A stretch of 64,000 bases of DNA from Candidatus Roizmanbacteria bacterium RIFOXYC1_FULL_41_16 (GCA_001788295.1 MGBO01000007.1:14263-78262), one strand, 5' to 3'; numbered from the stretch's first letter, positions 1 through 9,125 are shown. The notes: generated by a model not told the origin, from the sequence alone. Numbers and translations: made by a program.

Positions 1-894
1 GACAACAAATTCGCCGCTTTAAATACGGCGGTTTGGTCTGGCGGCAGTTTTGTTTATATTCCCGAGGGCGTTAAAGTGGATTTGCCGTTGCAAGCATATT
101 TTCGCATTAATGCCGAGAATATGGGACAGTTTGAGCGCACTCTGATTATTGCGGAAAAAAACAGTTCGGTTCATTATATTGAGGGCTGTAGTGCTCCAAT
201 TTACTCAACAGCTTCTTTGCACTCGGCTGTGGTTGAAATTTTTGTTCAGGAAGGAGCTCAGGTACGCTACACCACCATTCAGAATTGGAGCCCCAATGTT
301 TACAATTTGGTGACCAAACGGGCTCAGGTACAAGCTCGGGCATCAATGCAGTGGATTGACGGCAATTTAGGATCAAAAGTGACGATGAAATATCCCAGTT
401 GTCATCTGGTTGGTCAGGGAGCGCGCGGTGAGGTGCTATCTTTGGCCTATGCCGCCAATAGTCAACATCAGGATGCGGGCGCAAAAATGTTACACCTGGC
501 TGACAATACCACCAGTCGGATCATTTCCAAATCAGTGTGCAAACAGGGTGGCCGGACTTCATACCGTGGTCTGAATTATATAAAAAAAGGCGCTAAAAAT
601 TGCCAAACCAAAGTGATATGTGACGCTCTGATTATGGATGAAAAGTCCCGCTCCGATACCTACCCGACTATGAAAATAGACGAACAGCGAGCCAAAGTTG
701 AGCATGAGGCCACTGTATCCAAAGTCAGTGAAGAGCAGCTGTTTTATCTGCAGAGTCGCGGTCTTACTCAGGAGCGGGCACAAAGTTTAATTGTAAACGG
801 TTTTTTGGAGCCAATTATTAAAGAACTGCCGCTGGAATACGCGGTTGAAATTAATCGTTTAATCAGTTTGCAAATGGAAGGCTCTGTTGGTTAA
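1..894 (+). CDS. sufB: Fe-S cluster assembly protein SufB (5' end cut by the window edge)
   Basis: Frame 1 is open from base 1 ([24 protein letters not shown]...) and continuous with ORF 76..894. [18 protein letters not shown] and the C-terminal [22 protein letters not shown] are SufB-like. Confidence 0.9.
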   Translation, partial: DNKFAALNTAVWSGGSFVYIPEGVKVDLPLQAYFRINAENMGQFERTLIIAEKNSSVHYIEGCSAPIYSTASLHSAVVEIFVQEGAQVRYTTIQNWSPNVYNLVTKRAQVQARASMQWIDGNLGSKVTMKYPSCHLVGQGARGEVLSLAYAANSQHQDAGAKMLHLADNTTSRIISKSVCKQGGRTSYRGLNYIKKGAKNCQTKVICDALIMDEKSRSDTYPTMKIDEQRAKVEHEATVSKVSEEQLFYLQSRGLTQERAQSLIVNGFLEPIIKELPLEYAVEINRLISLQMEGSVG

Positions 895-1510
895 AACTTA
901 TTGGAATGTACCCAAGCTGAATTTCGTGACCAAACCAGATCAATCCGGAATTCTAGTAATTGTTTATTATCTTAATCAACAACAGCTAACTGTTAATTTG
1001 AACTTTGAGATTTTGAAAAACAACAATTTCAAAATTATGATTTTGGTAAATCTGATCGGGCAGAGTCAATTACATCTGACTACGACTCAAAATCATCTGG
1101 AAGCAAACAGTACTTCTGATCTGTTGTGTAAAGCCACTGTTGATCAGGATTCGCGATTCAGCTATTATGGTAAGGTTGTGATTAATAAAGCCGCCAATCA
1201 AGCTCATGCCTATCAGCGCAATGAAAATTTAATTCTTGATTCGGGTTCGACGATTGTCAGCGAGCCGAGCCTGGAAATTAAAGCCAATGACGTTTTTTGT
1301 ACTCACGGCTCATTCACCAGTTATCTTGATCCTTTGGAACTTTATTATTTACAGACTCGGGGATTGTCGCTTTGCGCCGCTGAAAAATTATTAACCAAGG
1401 GTTTTTTGCTTTCGGGATTAGACAAGTTATTGATTGAGCCGGTGATTACCGTTAGTCGTTTGGAAAATTTACGTCAACAGGTGGGCCATTATTTATTAAG
1501 CAATCACTAA
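887..1510 (+). CDS. sufD: short SufD-like Fe-S assembly protein
   Basis: Overlaps the sufB stop by 8 nt. C-terminal [49 protein letters not shown] resembles the SufB/SufD beta-helix core. The TTG start is uncertain. Confidence 0.7.
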   Translation: MVKTYWNVPKLNFVTKPDQSGILVIVYYLNQQQLTVNLNFEILKNNNFKIMILVNLIGQSQLHLTTTQNHLEANSTSDLLCKATVDQDSRFSYYGKVVINKAANQAHAYQRNENLILDSGSTIVSEPSLEIKANDVFCTHGSFTSYLDPLELYYLQTRGLSLCAAEKLLTKGFLLSGLDKLLIEPVITVSRLENLRQQVGHYLLSNH

Positions 1511-1515
1511 TTTTT

Positions 1516-1878
1516 ATGTCAGATCAACTTTATCGCGAAGAAATTTTGGATCATTACCAGCATCCCCGTAACTGTCAAAAACCCAAGACTTACTCACGGT
1601 TTTTTAGTTTAAGTAACGTCAGTTGCGGTGACAAAATTACAGTGTATTTGCAGCTGGAAAAAGAAAAAATTAAGCAAATCAGCTACCAAATTAGTGGTTG
1701 TGCTATTTCGGTAGCTAGCGCCAGTATTCTGTCGCAAAAACTGAAAAACAAAACCAGAAGTCAGGTTCTCAAACTCACCAGTCTTGAAGTGCTGAAATTG
1801 TTAAAGCTCCAATTGACCCCCACCCGAGCTAAGTGCGCTCTCTTACCGGTTGAGGCGATTAAGAAATCACTGCTTTAA
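1516..1878 (+). CDS. sufU: SufU/IscU-type Fe-S scaffold protein
   Basis: N-terminal YREEILDHYQHPRN, then the CGD and SGCAIS cysteine motifs. Directly follows sufBD. Confidence 0.85.
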   Translation: MSDQLYREEILDHYQHPRNCQKPKTYSRFFSLSNVSCGDKITVYLQLEKEKIKQISYQISGCAISVASASILSQKLKNKTRSQVLKLTSLEVLKLLKLQLTPTRAKCALLPVEAIKKSLL

Positions 1879-1928
1879 CAAGCGTACATAAATTGCATTT
1901 TAAAATTAATCGTGTATAATGTCTGTCT

Positions 1929-2351
1929 ATGGTAGAAAAAAAGAAAGAGACTAAAGTCAAAAAAACCGTTCCCAAAAAAGTCGCCCCTAAAAAAGTAACC
2001 CCCAAAAAGGTTGTCTCCAAGAAGGTCGCTCCCAAGAAAGTCGCTCCCAAAAAAGAAGTCAAAGCCCCTGCCGTGATTACTGATGCCGAAAAACAAGCGA
2101 TTATTAATAAATTTTCCACTCATTCAGGTGATACTGGCAGTCCAGAAGTTCAAGTAGCCATTTTAACCTGGAAGATTGTTAATCTTCAGAAACATTTACA
2201 AAATAATCAAAAAGACAATCATTCTCGTCGCGGATTATTGAAGATTGTTTCCAAAAGACGCCGAATTATGAAGTACCTTCGTGATAAGGATGAAAAAAGA
2301 TTTATCGCACTTGAACTAAAAATCAAAGAATATCAAGCAGACAACAAGTAA
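1929..2351 (+). CDS. rpsO: 30S ribosomal protein S15 with a lysine-rich N-terminal repeat extension
   Basis: C-terminal part [52 protein letters not shown] is canonical S15. It is preceded by about 45 residues of KKVxPKK repeats. Confidence 0.9.
   Translation: MVEKKKETKVKKTVPKKVAPKKVTPKKVVSKKVAPKKVAPKKEVKAPAVITDAEKQAIINKFSTHSGDTGSPEVQVAILTWKIVNLQKHLQNNQKDNHSRRGLLKIVSKRRRIMKYLRDKDEKRFIALELKIKEYQADNK
1938..2066 (+). repeat. in-frame tandem repeat encoding PKKV(A/T/V) units
   Basis: DNA reads cccaaaaaagtcgcccctaaaaaagtaacccccaaaaaggttgtctccaagaaggtcgctcccaagaaagtcgctcccaaaaaa, translating to [30 protein letters not shown]. Confidence 0.85.
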
Positions 2352-2358
2352 TTTAATA

Positions 2359-4473
2359 ATGAACTCTTTAAAAAAAAATCTAGATCTGGCCGGTCGGCCT
2401 TTAACTTTTAGCATTGGTGAATTAGCTCAGCAGGCGACTGCCGCTGTTATTACTCAATACGGCGAAACAACCATTTTAACGACCGTGGTTGTGGGCAAAG
2501 AAAATACCCAATTGGACTATTTTCCTTTAAATGTCGAATATGTGGAAAAGTTATATGCCGGTGGTCGAATCAAAGGCTCTCGTTGGATTAAGCGTGAAGG
2601 CCGTCCAAATGATAATGCCATTTTGTCCGGTCGATTAATTGACCGTTCCATCAGGCCATTGTTTGACCCGTCGTTTCGACGTGATGTTCAAATCATCAAC
2701 ACTCTTTTATCTGTTGACGGGATCAATTCACCCGAAATTACCGCAGCTCTGGGAACCGCTTGTGCTTTGTCGCTTTGTTCTATTCCTTTCAAAGGTCCGG
2801 TGGCGACTGTCAAGATTGGTTATTTGATGGAAAGCGATGGTCAGAAAGGTCATTATGTTGTCAATCCCACTTCAGACGAAGAGTTGTTGCAGGATTTTGA
2901 AATTACCTTTTCGATCACTAACGACAAAGTCGTGATGATTGAAGCCGAAGGTAATCAGTTTAGCGAAGAGCAATTTATGGAGGCTTTTTCAGTTGCTCAA
3001 AAAGAAGCAGACAGATTAAACACTCTTTTTAAAGATCTGGCCAAAGAGGCGAATGTTAAACCTTATGTCATGGAACCGGATCAGGCGATTACAATTGCCA
3101 AAGAACTGGCTCAAAAGTATCAGTCCGAATTCACTCAGGTTTTGGAGGAAAGAGCCACTAAAGAAGGAGGTAGTAATAGCACTGCTTTTGATGAGTTGCT
3201 TAATTTGATTGTCGAAAAATACGAAGTTGACGCCAAAGAGGCTGGTCGTATCAGTGAACTGGTCTTTAAGATCTTAATGAAAAAATTGGTTTTGGAGAAG
3301 AAAAAGCGAGTTGATGGCCGAGGTTTTGACGAAATTCGACCGCTTTCAGCCAAGGTGGGAATTTTACCCCGGACACACGGTTCGGCGATTTTCTCCCGCG
3401 GCAGCACTCAAGTATTGTCGATTGCGACTCTAGGCCCGCTCTCAATGCAACAATGGATTGAAAATCCTGAGGGCGAATTTATGAAAAAGTATATCCATCA
3501 TTATTTTATGCCGCCTTATTCTGTCGGTGAAACCGGCCGTAGCGGTTTTGTTTCTCGAAGAGAGATTGGTCATGGTGCCTTGGCGGAAAAAGCAGTTGAA
3601 CAGGTATTGCCGGTTGAAAATAAATTTCCTTATACCGTCAGAGTGGTGTCAGAAGTTTTATCCTCCAACGGTTCTACTTCAATGGCTTCAACCTGTGGTT
3701 CCTCTTTGGTTTTAATGGATGCCGGAGTGCCTATTAAAGAACAGGTTGGTGGAATTGCCGTAGGCATTGTTCGTAAAAACGACGATGAATATCAGCTATT
3801 GACCGATATTATTGGCATTGAGGATTTTTATGGTGAAATGGATTTCAAAGTGGCCGGGACCAAAAACGGCATTACCGCAATTCAATTGGATGTTAAAAGC
3901 TCAGGCATTACTGCCAAAATGATTAAAGAAACTCTTAAATTGGCCAAAGCCGCCAGACTGAAAGTTTTAGAGGTGATGAATAAAGCGATTTCGACCCCTC
4001 GGCCGGAAATGTCCAAATACGCTCCCAGAGTGGAAATCGTGACCCCGCCAGAGGAAAAGATCGGTGAAATTATCGGTCCGGGTGGTAAGAACATCAAAAA
4101 ACTAATTGCCGAAACAGGCTGTGACATTGATGTGGGCGAGGACGGTCGCGTTTCGATTTCCGGAGTTAATCCCCAAGCGGTTAAGCAAGCGGCCGATCGG
4201 ATTCGCAGTATCAGCAAGGTTTATGAACGGGGTGAGGCTTATACCGGCAAAGTGATTAAGGTCTTGGCTTTTGGTGCCATTGTTGAGATTGCGCCAGGCA
4301 AGGAAGGCTTACTTCACGTCAGCCGAATGGGTATGGGTTTTGTCAAAGATGCGAACGAAGTTTTCAAAATTGGTGACACCATCAAGATTATTGTTGATGA
4401 GATTGACGACAAAGGCAGACTTAAACTCAAAGCGGCCGAACCAAAAAAACCGGCTAAAGATTCTCGAGACTAA
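2359..4473 (+). CDS. pnp: polynucleotide phosphorylase
   Basis: 704 aa with two RNase PH-like halves (RPLSAKVGILPRTHGSAIFSRG; DFKVAGT), a KH region (IGEIIGPGGKNIKKL) and an S1 domain (GKVIKVLAFGAIVEIAPGKEGLLHVS). The rpsO-pnp order is conserved. Confidence 0.95.
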   Translation: MNSLKKNLDLAGRPLTFSIGELAQQATAAVITQYGETTILTTVVVGKENTQLDYFPLNVEYVEKLYAGGRIKGSRWIKREGRPNDNAILSGRLIDRSIRPLFDPSFRRDVQIINTLLSVDGINSPEITAALGTACALSLCSIPFKGPVATVKIGYLMESDGQKGHYVVNPTSDEELLQDFEITFSITNDKVVMIEAEGNQFSEEQFMEAFSVAQKEADRLNTLFKDLAKEANVKPYVMEPDQAITIAKELAQKYQSEFTQVLEERATKEGGSNSTAFDELLNLIVEKYEVDAKEAGRISELVFKILMKKLVLEKKKRVDGRGFDEIRPLSAKVGILPRTHGSAIFSRGSTQVLSIATLGPLSMQQWIENPEGEFMKKYIHHYFMPPYSVGETGRSGFVSRREIGHGALAEKAVEQVLPVENKFPYTVRVVSEVLSSNGSTSMASTCGSSLVLMDAGVPIKEQVGGIAVGIVRKNDDEYQLLTDIIGIEDFYGEMDFKVAGTKNGITAIQLDVKSSGITAKMIKETLKLAKAARLKVLEVMNKAISTPRPEMSKYAPRVEIVTPPEEKIGEIIGPGGKNIKKLIAETGCDIDVGEDGRVSISGVNPQAVKQAADRIRSISKVYERGEAYTGKVIKVLAFGAIVEIAPGKEGLLHVSRMGMGFVKDANEVFKIGDTIKIIVDEIDDKGRLKLKAAEPKKPAKDSRD

Positions 4474-4897
4474 CACTCATTATTGTATTTTCGTTTTCAT
4501 CCGTAACGACAAGTTTTTCTGAATTGGGATAAATGGGTAAATACAGGCTGATTTCAGAGTTGGGCTTGGTGATTAAATCATTTACTTCATAACCAGGATA
4601 AGTAAAGCGGGAAATCAAATATTGTTTTGGAACTTGAGTAAGATAAAGGACTTTATCGTTTTTGTCTAAGACTTTTGCCTGATAATATTTGGTTAGTTGA
4701 TCATTGCTGAACGACCGAGCCGGATAGGTTGATTCAACCGTAATTTTTTGCAGCTGCAGATCATTTTCCGACAACTGTTTAATAAGCACCTTTACCGCGC
4801 CAAATTTTTTTGGTTGCTGTCTTTGCCAAAACAAAAATACGGTGACGGCAATCAAGCCGATTATCAAAATAATCCCTACTAATTTATTACTTCTCAT
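4454..4897 (-). CDS. hypothetical membrane-anchored protein
   Basis: N-terminal hydrophobic helix (LVGIILIIGLIAVTVFLFW). The start overlaps the stop of the upstream minus-strand gene (TAATG). Confidence 0.6.
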   Translation of the reverse strand: MRSNKLVGIILIIGLIAVTVFLFWQRQQPKKFGAVKVLIKQLSENDLQLQKITVESTYPARSFSNDQLTKYYQAKVLDKNDKVLYLTQVPKQYLISRFTYPGYEVNDLITKPNSEISLYLPIYPNSEKLVVTDENENTIMSVSLENL

Positions 4898-6141
4898 TAG
4901 TATTTGTTAAAAAAAGCTTGCCACATCTCCAGAGAGGGTGGATTGTAATAGTCAATATACTCCGGATCATTATTCATGGTGCTGTGTTCTGTTGAGCGAA
5001 ACCAGTCGCGGTAGCCGCAGATTGGAAAACAACCGATCTGAGGATCATTCGGGTATTTTTCTCGCCACTCTTGACAGCGGCCCTGATCTTGTCCGGCACA
5101 GTTGTAATAATTAGCCGGCTCTTGTGATTCGGTTTGGAAATCATACTCATCAAATAAGCCAGGAAGTGCGTGACCGAGTTCATGAGGAGTGACAAAAAGA
5201 GAATGCTTTAAAACAACAGCCATCAGACCACCGATGGTTGAAAAACCGCCGGTGCCGTAACTGCTGGCCCTATCAGGATATTTTTGAGTAATAATCAAAA
5301 AAGCGTCTCCCTGGCAATTTTGCTGGGTTAATCTGGCCAAAGTCATATTAAGATCAACATTTTGCGGAGTCACTACGATTTGGTAATCCTTGGTAAGATC
5401 ACTGGAATAGCGAAAGGTAAATTTACTCATGGCAGTTACAGGCAGATTGGTTTTTTTCAGGCTCTCGACTGCGAGTTTGGCATCGGTTTCAAATTCTGTG
5501 AGGTTGCTATACTGATCCGGAATAATCACCAAGGTCAGTGGGCCGTTGCCTTCAATATTCGGACATCCGGGGATACTGATGGTAGAAGTGGGAACAGGGG
5601 TAATTTGAGGGATGGTGGGTGTCGGTTCTGGTGGAGTCTCGGTAGCTGTTAATATCGGGGTTGGGGTTGGAATATCAGTCGGACGGATAATCGGATTAGC
5701 GTTTAGTGTAAGAATTTGGTTCAGGTCAGTAACTGTTTTCAGAGTGGTGAAATACAGGTAGGCAATTGGCGCTTCACCGCTGTATTGTAGAGTCGTTGTT
5801 CCGTCAATTGTGATTTTGCCGGCTTGGCTAGTGTCTGAGGTGATGTCAAAAATGTCCCATTTTTTTACCTCATTTAATTTCAAGGAGTTTGGATCATAGT
5901 TTACGGTCACACTGCCTTGTTGGACTTGTTCGTTTTGGACGTTAATATAAAGTTTGATTTCCAATTCCCGGCCGGCCTCATAGCGACTGCCTTGAGTGAG
6001 AATTTGGTATCGGTAATTATAGGAAACAGTTGCTTGACTGTCTTTAGTGAGAGCTAGACCGGTAAAAATCAGAGAACAGATAATTAAAAAAGAAATAATC
6101 GGTTTCTTCATGAAATTTGGTATTGCATTTACTGTTGTCAT
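4897..6141 (-). CDS. secreted zinc metallopeptidase (M64-like HELGHxxxxLxDEY motif) with an N-terminal beta-domain and a Pro/Thr linker
   Basis: Signal-like segment MKKPIISFLIICSLIFTGLALT (alternative start at 6111). Linker PTDIPTPTPILTATETPPEPTPTIPQITPVPTST. Catalytic motif TPHELGHALPGLFDEYD. Confidence 0.7.
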   Translation of the reverse strand: MTTVNAIPNFMKKPIISFLIICSLIFTGLALTKDSQATVSYNYRYQILTQGSRYEAGRELEIKLYINVQNEQVQQGSVTVNYDPNSLKLNEVKKWDIFDITSDTSQAGKITIDGTTTLQYSGEAPIAYLYFTTLKTVTDLNQILTLNANPIIRPTDIPTPTPILTATETPPEPTPTIPQITPVPTSTISIPGCPNIEGNGPLTLVIIPDQYSNLTEFETDAKLAVESLKKTNLPVTAMSKFTFRYSSDLTKDYQIVVTPQNVDLNMTLARLTQQNCQGDAFLIITQKYPDRASSYGTGGFSTIGGLMAVVLKHSLFVTPHELGHALPGLFDEYDFQTESQEPANYYNCAGQDQGRCQEWREKYPNDPQIGCFPICGYRDWFRSTEHSTMNNDPEYIDYYNPPSLEMWQAFFNKY

Positions 6142-6194
6142 TTAATATTATCAAAAAGATACTCCGACTTTAAGGAGTATTTTTTTAAGGTTTA

Positions 6195-7193
6195 ATGAGT
6201 TCTGATACAAGAGTAACTCAAACAGAAGTCACTAAGCTTTTTGACCTCCGAACTGAACTTTGGACTTCACCTGAATCAGAATTAACCGAAATTGCCACGA
6301 GATATGGTTTATCTAATACTGAAGCTGACAAAAAAGCTATTTTATTGGCTTATTTAGAACGGCATTTTCCGCATTCTGCTAATAATGGCGAGCATTTCTT
6401 AAAAATGAAGGCGCAGGCCGAAACTCTTCATCGGCATTTTGCTGAGATTACCACTGACACTTGCATTTATCTTTTTGGTTCCTATAGTATTGGGACTATT
6501 AATGGTACTCATTCAGACTTAGATTTAATAGCCGGCTTAGGATCAAACCCTAATGATTTGGTTGCTTTTGAGCAATTAGAACGGGCGGGTGTTATTTATA
6601 GTCCAGAACTCTCATGTCTTGACAGAATGCAAAGTATTGTTGAAAGTGGCCATGGTTTGGCTAGAGTGTATGGCGTGTCTGAACAAGGCGTGGAAGTGGA
6701 GTTTCATGTGTTAGGCCGACATGATTTGGCTGCAATTCACAAACTTAAACCAGGCTTTGTAACCAGAGTTGTTCCAGTTCCTCCAAAAGAAGAAACTAGG
6801 ATTTCTTTTACGGGAGCGATTATGAACTTACCAAAAGATAGCACCACCGTTAATCATTACCTTTCTAATCAAGGTGAATACTATCGTGGTTTTTTTCCTG
6901 ACGCGATGATTATGAGCACTTTAGTGTTAGATTCAAAGGGTAAAGGACAAGAGGCACTAGATAATGTATGGTTTGCCAGCGTCAAGGCCTACTTATATCA
7001 CAACGGTTATCTAAAAAAAACGAGTCAAGGAATTGTTATTGACATCCAAAGAGCTAATTTTGATGAATTTTTATGTACGGTTATGCCGCAAAAAAGGGCC
7101 TTTACACCCGAGAGGTACCAAACAATGTCACGATCCTATCATCAAGCTTTGAATGAAATTGTCAATCGATATAAGTGTATTATATTGTCCTAG
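6195..7193 (+). CDS. Pol-beta superfamily nucleotidyltransferase-fold protein, function unknown
   Basis: Pattern G-S-x11-D-L-D-L (LFGSYSIGTINGTHSDLDLIAG), with a downstream acidic strand (VEVEFHV). Confidence 0.55.
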   Translation: MSSDTRVTQTEVTKLFDLRTELWTSPESELTEIATRYGLSNTEADKKAILLAYLERHFPHSANNGEHFLKMKAQAETLHRHFAEITTDTCIYLFGSYSIGTINGTHSDLDLIAGLGSNPNDLVAFEQLERAGVIYSPELSCLDRMQSIVESGHGLARVYGVSEQGVEVEFHVLGRHDLAAIHKLKPGFVTRVVPVPPKEETRISFTGAIMNLPKDSTTVNHYLSNQGEYYRGFFPDAMIMSTLVLDSKGKGQEALDNVWFASVKAYLYHNGYLKKTSQGIVIDIQRANFDEFLCTVMPQKRAFTPERYQTMSRSYHQALNEIVNRYKCIILS

Positions 7194-7213
7194 CCTGCTA
7201 TATAATCCTAGCA

Positions 7214-8125
7214 ATGGTTGAGAAAAGCTTGTTTAGTAAGAAAGAACTTGATGGTCATCCTGGCTGGATAGCTCTGGGCCGCTTGAAAAGAGCGGGTTGT
7301 TCAGGAGTTGTGGCAGACTACGACGGAACTCTATTTGGACCTGGTTGTGGGACAGAATCAGTCGCCAGATTAATATATGAAGCGGCCAAAAAAATGGTGC
7401 CAGTGATCGCTACTGCTCGGGGTGCCACTTTTAGACGACAGCAGTTAAAATCCATAATCGAAGCGACAAGAACCAACCGGTTACTTAAACCAGTTTATAT
7501 TTCTTTGGGTAACGGAGCTTGGATTGATAAAGTAGCCAATGGTTATATCGAGACTATTTATGACAATAGTCTTACTATAGATGACACCAAAACTATCATT
7601 GCCGCTTATCAATCTTTGGGGATCCAATTAAAACCGGAAGATGACGCTTTTCGGCAAAAAGACCTGCAATTTCCTTGGGGTGATTTACTGTCTCCGGAAT
7701 ATCTGGAACTATCTCAACAATCAATGGGAGTTTGGGCAGAACCGATTAAATTAACACTGCTTTTTGGCCAAACCACACCAGAAGTCCTTAGAAAACATCA
7801 CCAGACGCTTAGTCAGGCTTTGCCACGATATCAAGTTAGTTGGGGTGGTAAACCGGTGATTGATGTTAGCAGAAAGATTATGATTAAAGGCAAGGAAATA
7901 GACGGAAAATTAGCAACGGCAATATTTATTTCTGAACTTGAGGATTTATCACTTGATAATATAGCTACTTTCGGTGATACACCAGACGGCAACGACAGAG
8001 CCTTACTGGAGCTACCTTATGGGTTTACAAATCAAGAAGGATATTTTGGCCGACCGTATTCTTTACCAGTAATTGGTTTACAAGCACAAAGAATTTATGA
8101 AGCAATTTACCTGCTGATGACCTGA
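7214..8125 (+). CDS. HAD-superfamily (type IIB-like) hydrolase
   Basis: Motif I VVADYDGTLFGP and motif IV FGDTPDGNDRALLE. The ORF is open from 7175 (GTG). I prefer the ATG at 7214, which lies 7 nt after a TATAAT at 7201..7206. Confidence 0.65.
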   Translation: MVEKSLFSKKELDGHPGWIALGRLKRAGCSGVVADYDGTLFGPGCGTESVARLIYEAAKKMVPVIATARGATFRRQQLKSIIEATRTNRLLKPVYISLGNGAWIDKVANGYIETIYDNSLTIDDTKTIIAAYQSLGIQLKPEDDAFRQKDLQFPWGDLLSPEYLELSQQSMGVWAEPIKLTLLFGQTTPEVLRKHHQTLSQALPRYQVSWGGKPVIDVSRKIMIKGKEIDGKLATAIFISELEDLSLDNIATFGDTPDGNDRALLELPYGFTNQEGYFGRPYSLPVIGLQAQRIYEAIYLLMT

Positions 8126-8307
8126 TGCTCAGAGTCAGTTTCACCATGATTGTCTTCGCTATTACCACCAAAAAGATGTAACATTCCCGAAATTCCTTGA
8201 GCAAGCGATTCAGCCAAATTAGCTAAAGATAGTCTTGATTTTTGATGAAAAACCTCACCCTCACGGGTTTGTGCTGTCCATCCTTCTCGATCATTCCAAT
8301 CTGACAT
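8107..8307 (-). CDS. small hypothetical protein (66 aa), possibly leaderless
   Basis: The ATG lies 6 nt after a minus-strand TTGCAA-17-TATAAT promoter. No recognisable motif. Confidence 0.4.
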   Translation of the reverse strand: MSDWNDREGWTAQTREGEVFHQKSRLSLANLAESLAQGISGMLHLFGGNSEDNHGETDSEHQVISR

Positions 8308-8313
8308 GCCGAA

Positions 8314-8342
8314 ATTATACAGGACAAAGATTGGACTTGCAA
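8314..8342 (-). promoter_or_regulatory. sigma70-type promoter TTGCAA-N17-TATAAT (minus strand)
   Basis: The reverse complement reads ttgcaa gtccaatctttgtcctg tataat ttcggc ATG. Confidence 0.5.
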
Positions 8343-8374
8343 TTTTAATTTGAATCTAATAGGATCAACAAAAT

Positions 8375-8989
8375 ATGCTTTGTAAACTTTTGATTGGCAT
8401 TGCCGGGGGAACCGGCGCCGGTAAAACTACTTTAGTAAAAATCCTTCAGCAGCAGTTTAGTGAACAGGTGGTTTGTCTTTCCCACGACAGTTATTACCGA
8501 GATCTGTCGTCTCTGTCTTTAGACGAGCGCCGCCAAGTTAATTTTGACCATCCCGATTCTTTGGAAACAGAGCTGATGATTAAACAGCTCAAAGAATTAA
8601 TCAAGGGTCAAAGCATTAAAGTGCCGATTTATGACTTTAATGTTAGCAATCGGACCGACAAAACTAGTTTAGTAAAGCCAAAATCGGTTGTCATTGTCGA
8701 GGGGATTTTGATTTTTGCCGATCCGATTTTAAGCGATCTGTTTCAGATCAAAGTGTTTGTCGACGCTCCGGCTGATGTCAGATTGGGGCGTCGAATTAAA
8801 CGTGACATAGAGGAGCGCGGGCGGACCTTAGAACATTCTCTTAATCAGTATTTGACTATGTCCAGACCAATGCATGAACAATATGTGGAGCCGAGTAAAA
8901 AATTTGCCGATGTTATTGTTCCGGAAGGAGGAAAGAATACAATTGCCACCCAAATGCTGATCAATCTGATTGAGAAATATCTGAAATAA
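8375..8989 (+). CDS. udk: uridine kinase
   Basis: P-loop IGIAGGTGAGKTTL, then SHDSYYRDL, NFDHPDS and DVRLGRRIKRDIEERGR. Confidence 0.9.
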   Translation: MLCKLLIGIAGGTGAGKTTLVKILQQQFSEQVVCLSHDSYYRDLSSLSLDERRQVNFDHPDSLETELMIKQLKELIKGQSIKVPIYDFNVSNRTDKTSLVKPKSVVIVEGILIFADPILSDLFQIKVFVDAPADVRLGRRIKRDIEERGRTLEHSLNQYLTMSRPMHEQYVEPSKKFADVIVPEGGKNTIATQMLINLIEKYLK

Positions 8990-9013
8990 ACTTTGTCTGT
9001 TAATAATCTCTGC

Positions 9014-9042
9014 TTGCAATTTTGACCTTGACTTGCCATAAT
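9014..9042 (+). promoter_or_regulatory. candidate promoter TTGCAA-N17-CATAAT
   Basis: ttgcaa (9014..9019), a 17-nt spacer, cataat (9037..9042), and an ATG at 9048. Confidence 0.4.
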
Positions 9043-9047
9043 TAAAT

Positions 9048-9125
9048 ATGGAACAACCGCAAGTTGTTTTTTTTATTAATCACGCATTCATACCGCGCCC
9101 AAAAAGCGCGGCTTTTTTTTTATGA
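9048..9125 (+). CDS. candidate 25-codon upstream ORF (MEQPQVVFFINHAFIPRPKSAAFFL) spanning two terminator hairpins
   Basis: Read by hand. The ATG is 5 nt after the CATAAT box. The stop TGA (9123..9125) overlaps the ATG (9122..9124) of the HIT-family gene as ATGA. Confidence 0.3.
   Translation: MEQPQVVFFINHAFIPRPKSAAFFL
9052..9074 (+). terminator. intrinsic terminator-like hairpin 1 after udk
   Basis: aacaac-cgcaa-gttgtt followed by a T run. Confidence 0.5.
9093..9121 (+). terminator. intrinsic terminator after udk
   Basis: ccgcgc-ccaaaaa-gcgcgg, then c and nine T. Confidence 0.75.

Noticed and set aside
1859-2123. Two minus-strand ORFs (86 and 82 aa) rich in FLG/FFG repeats.
   Set aside because: They are the antisense reading of the lysine-codon repeat in the S15 N-terminal extension. 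They overlap a confidently called ribosomal gene and have no independent signals.
5590-5670. A Pro/Thr-rich repetitive DNA stretch in the metallopeptidase gene, considered as a tandem repeat element.
   Set aside because: It is an in-frame low-complexity linker (TPTPTP...). The DNA does not show a regular unit repeat.
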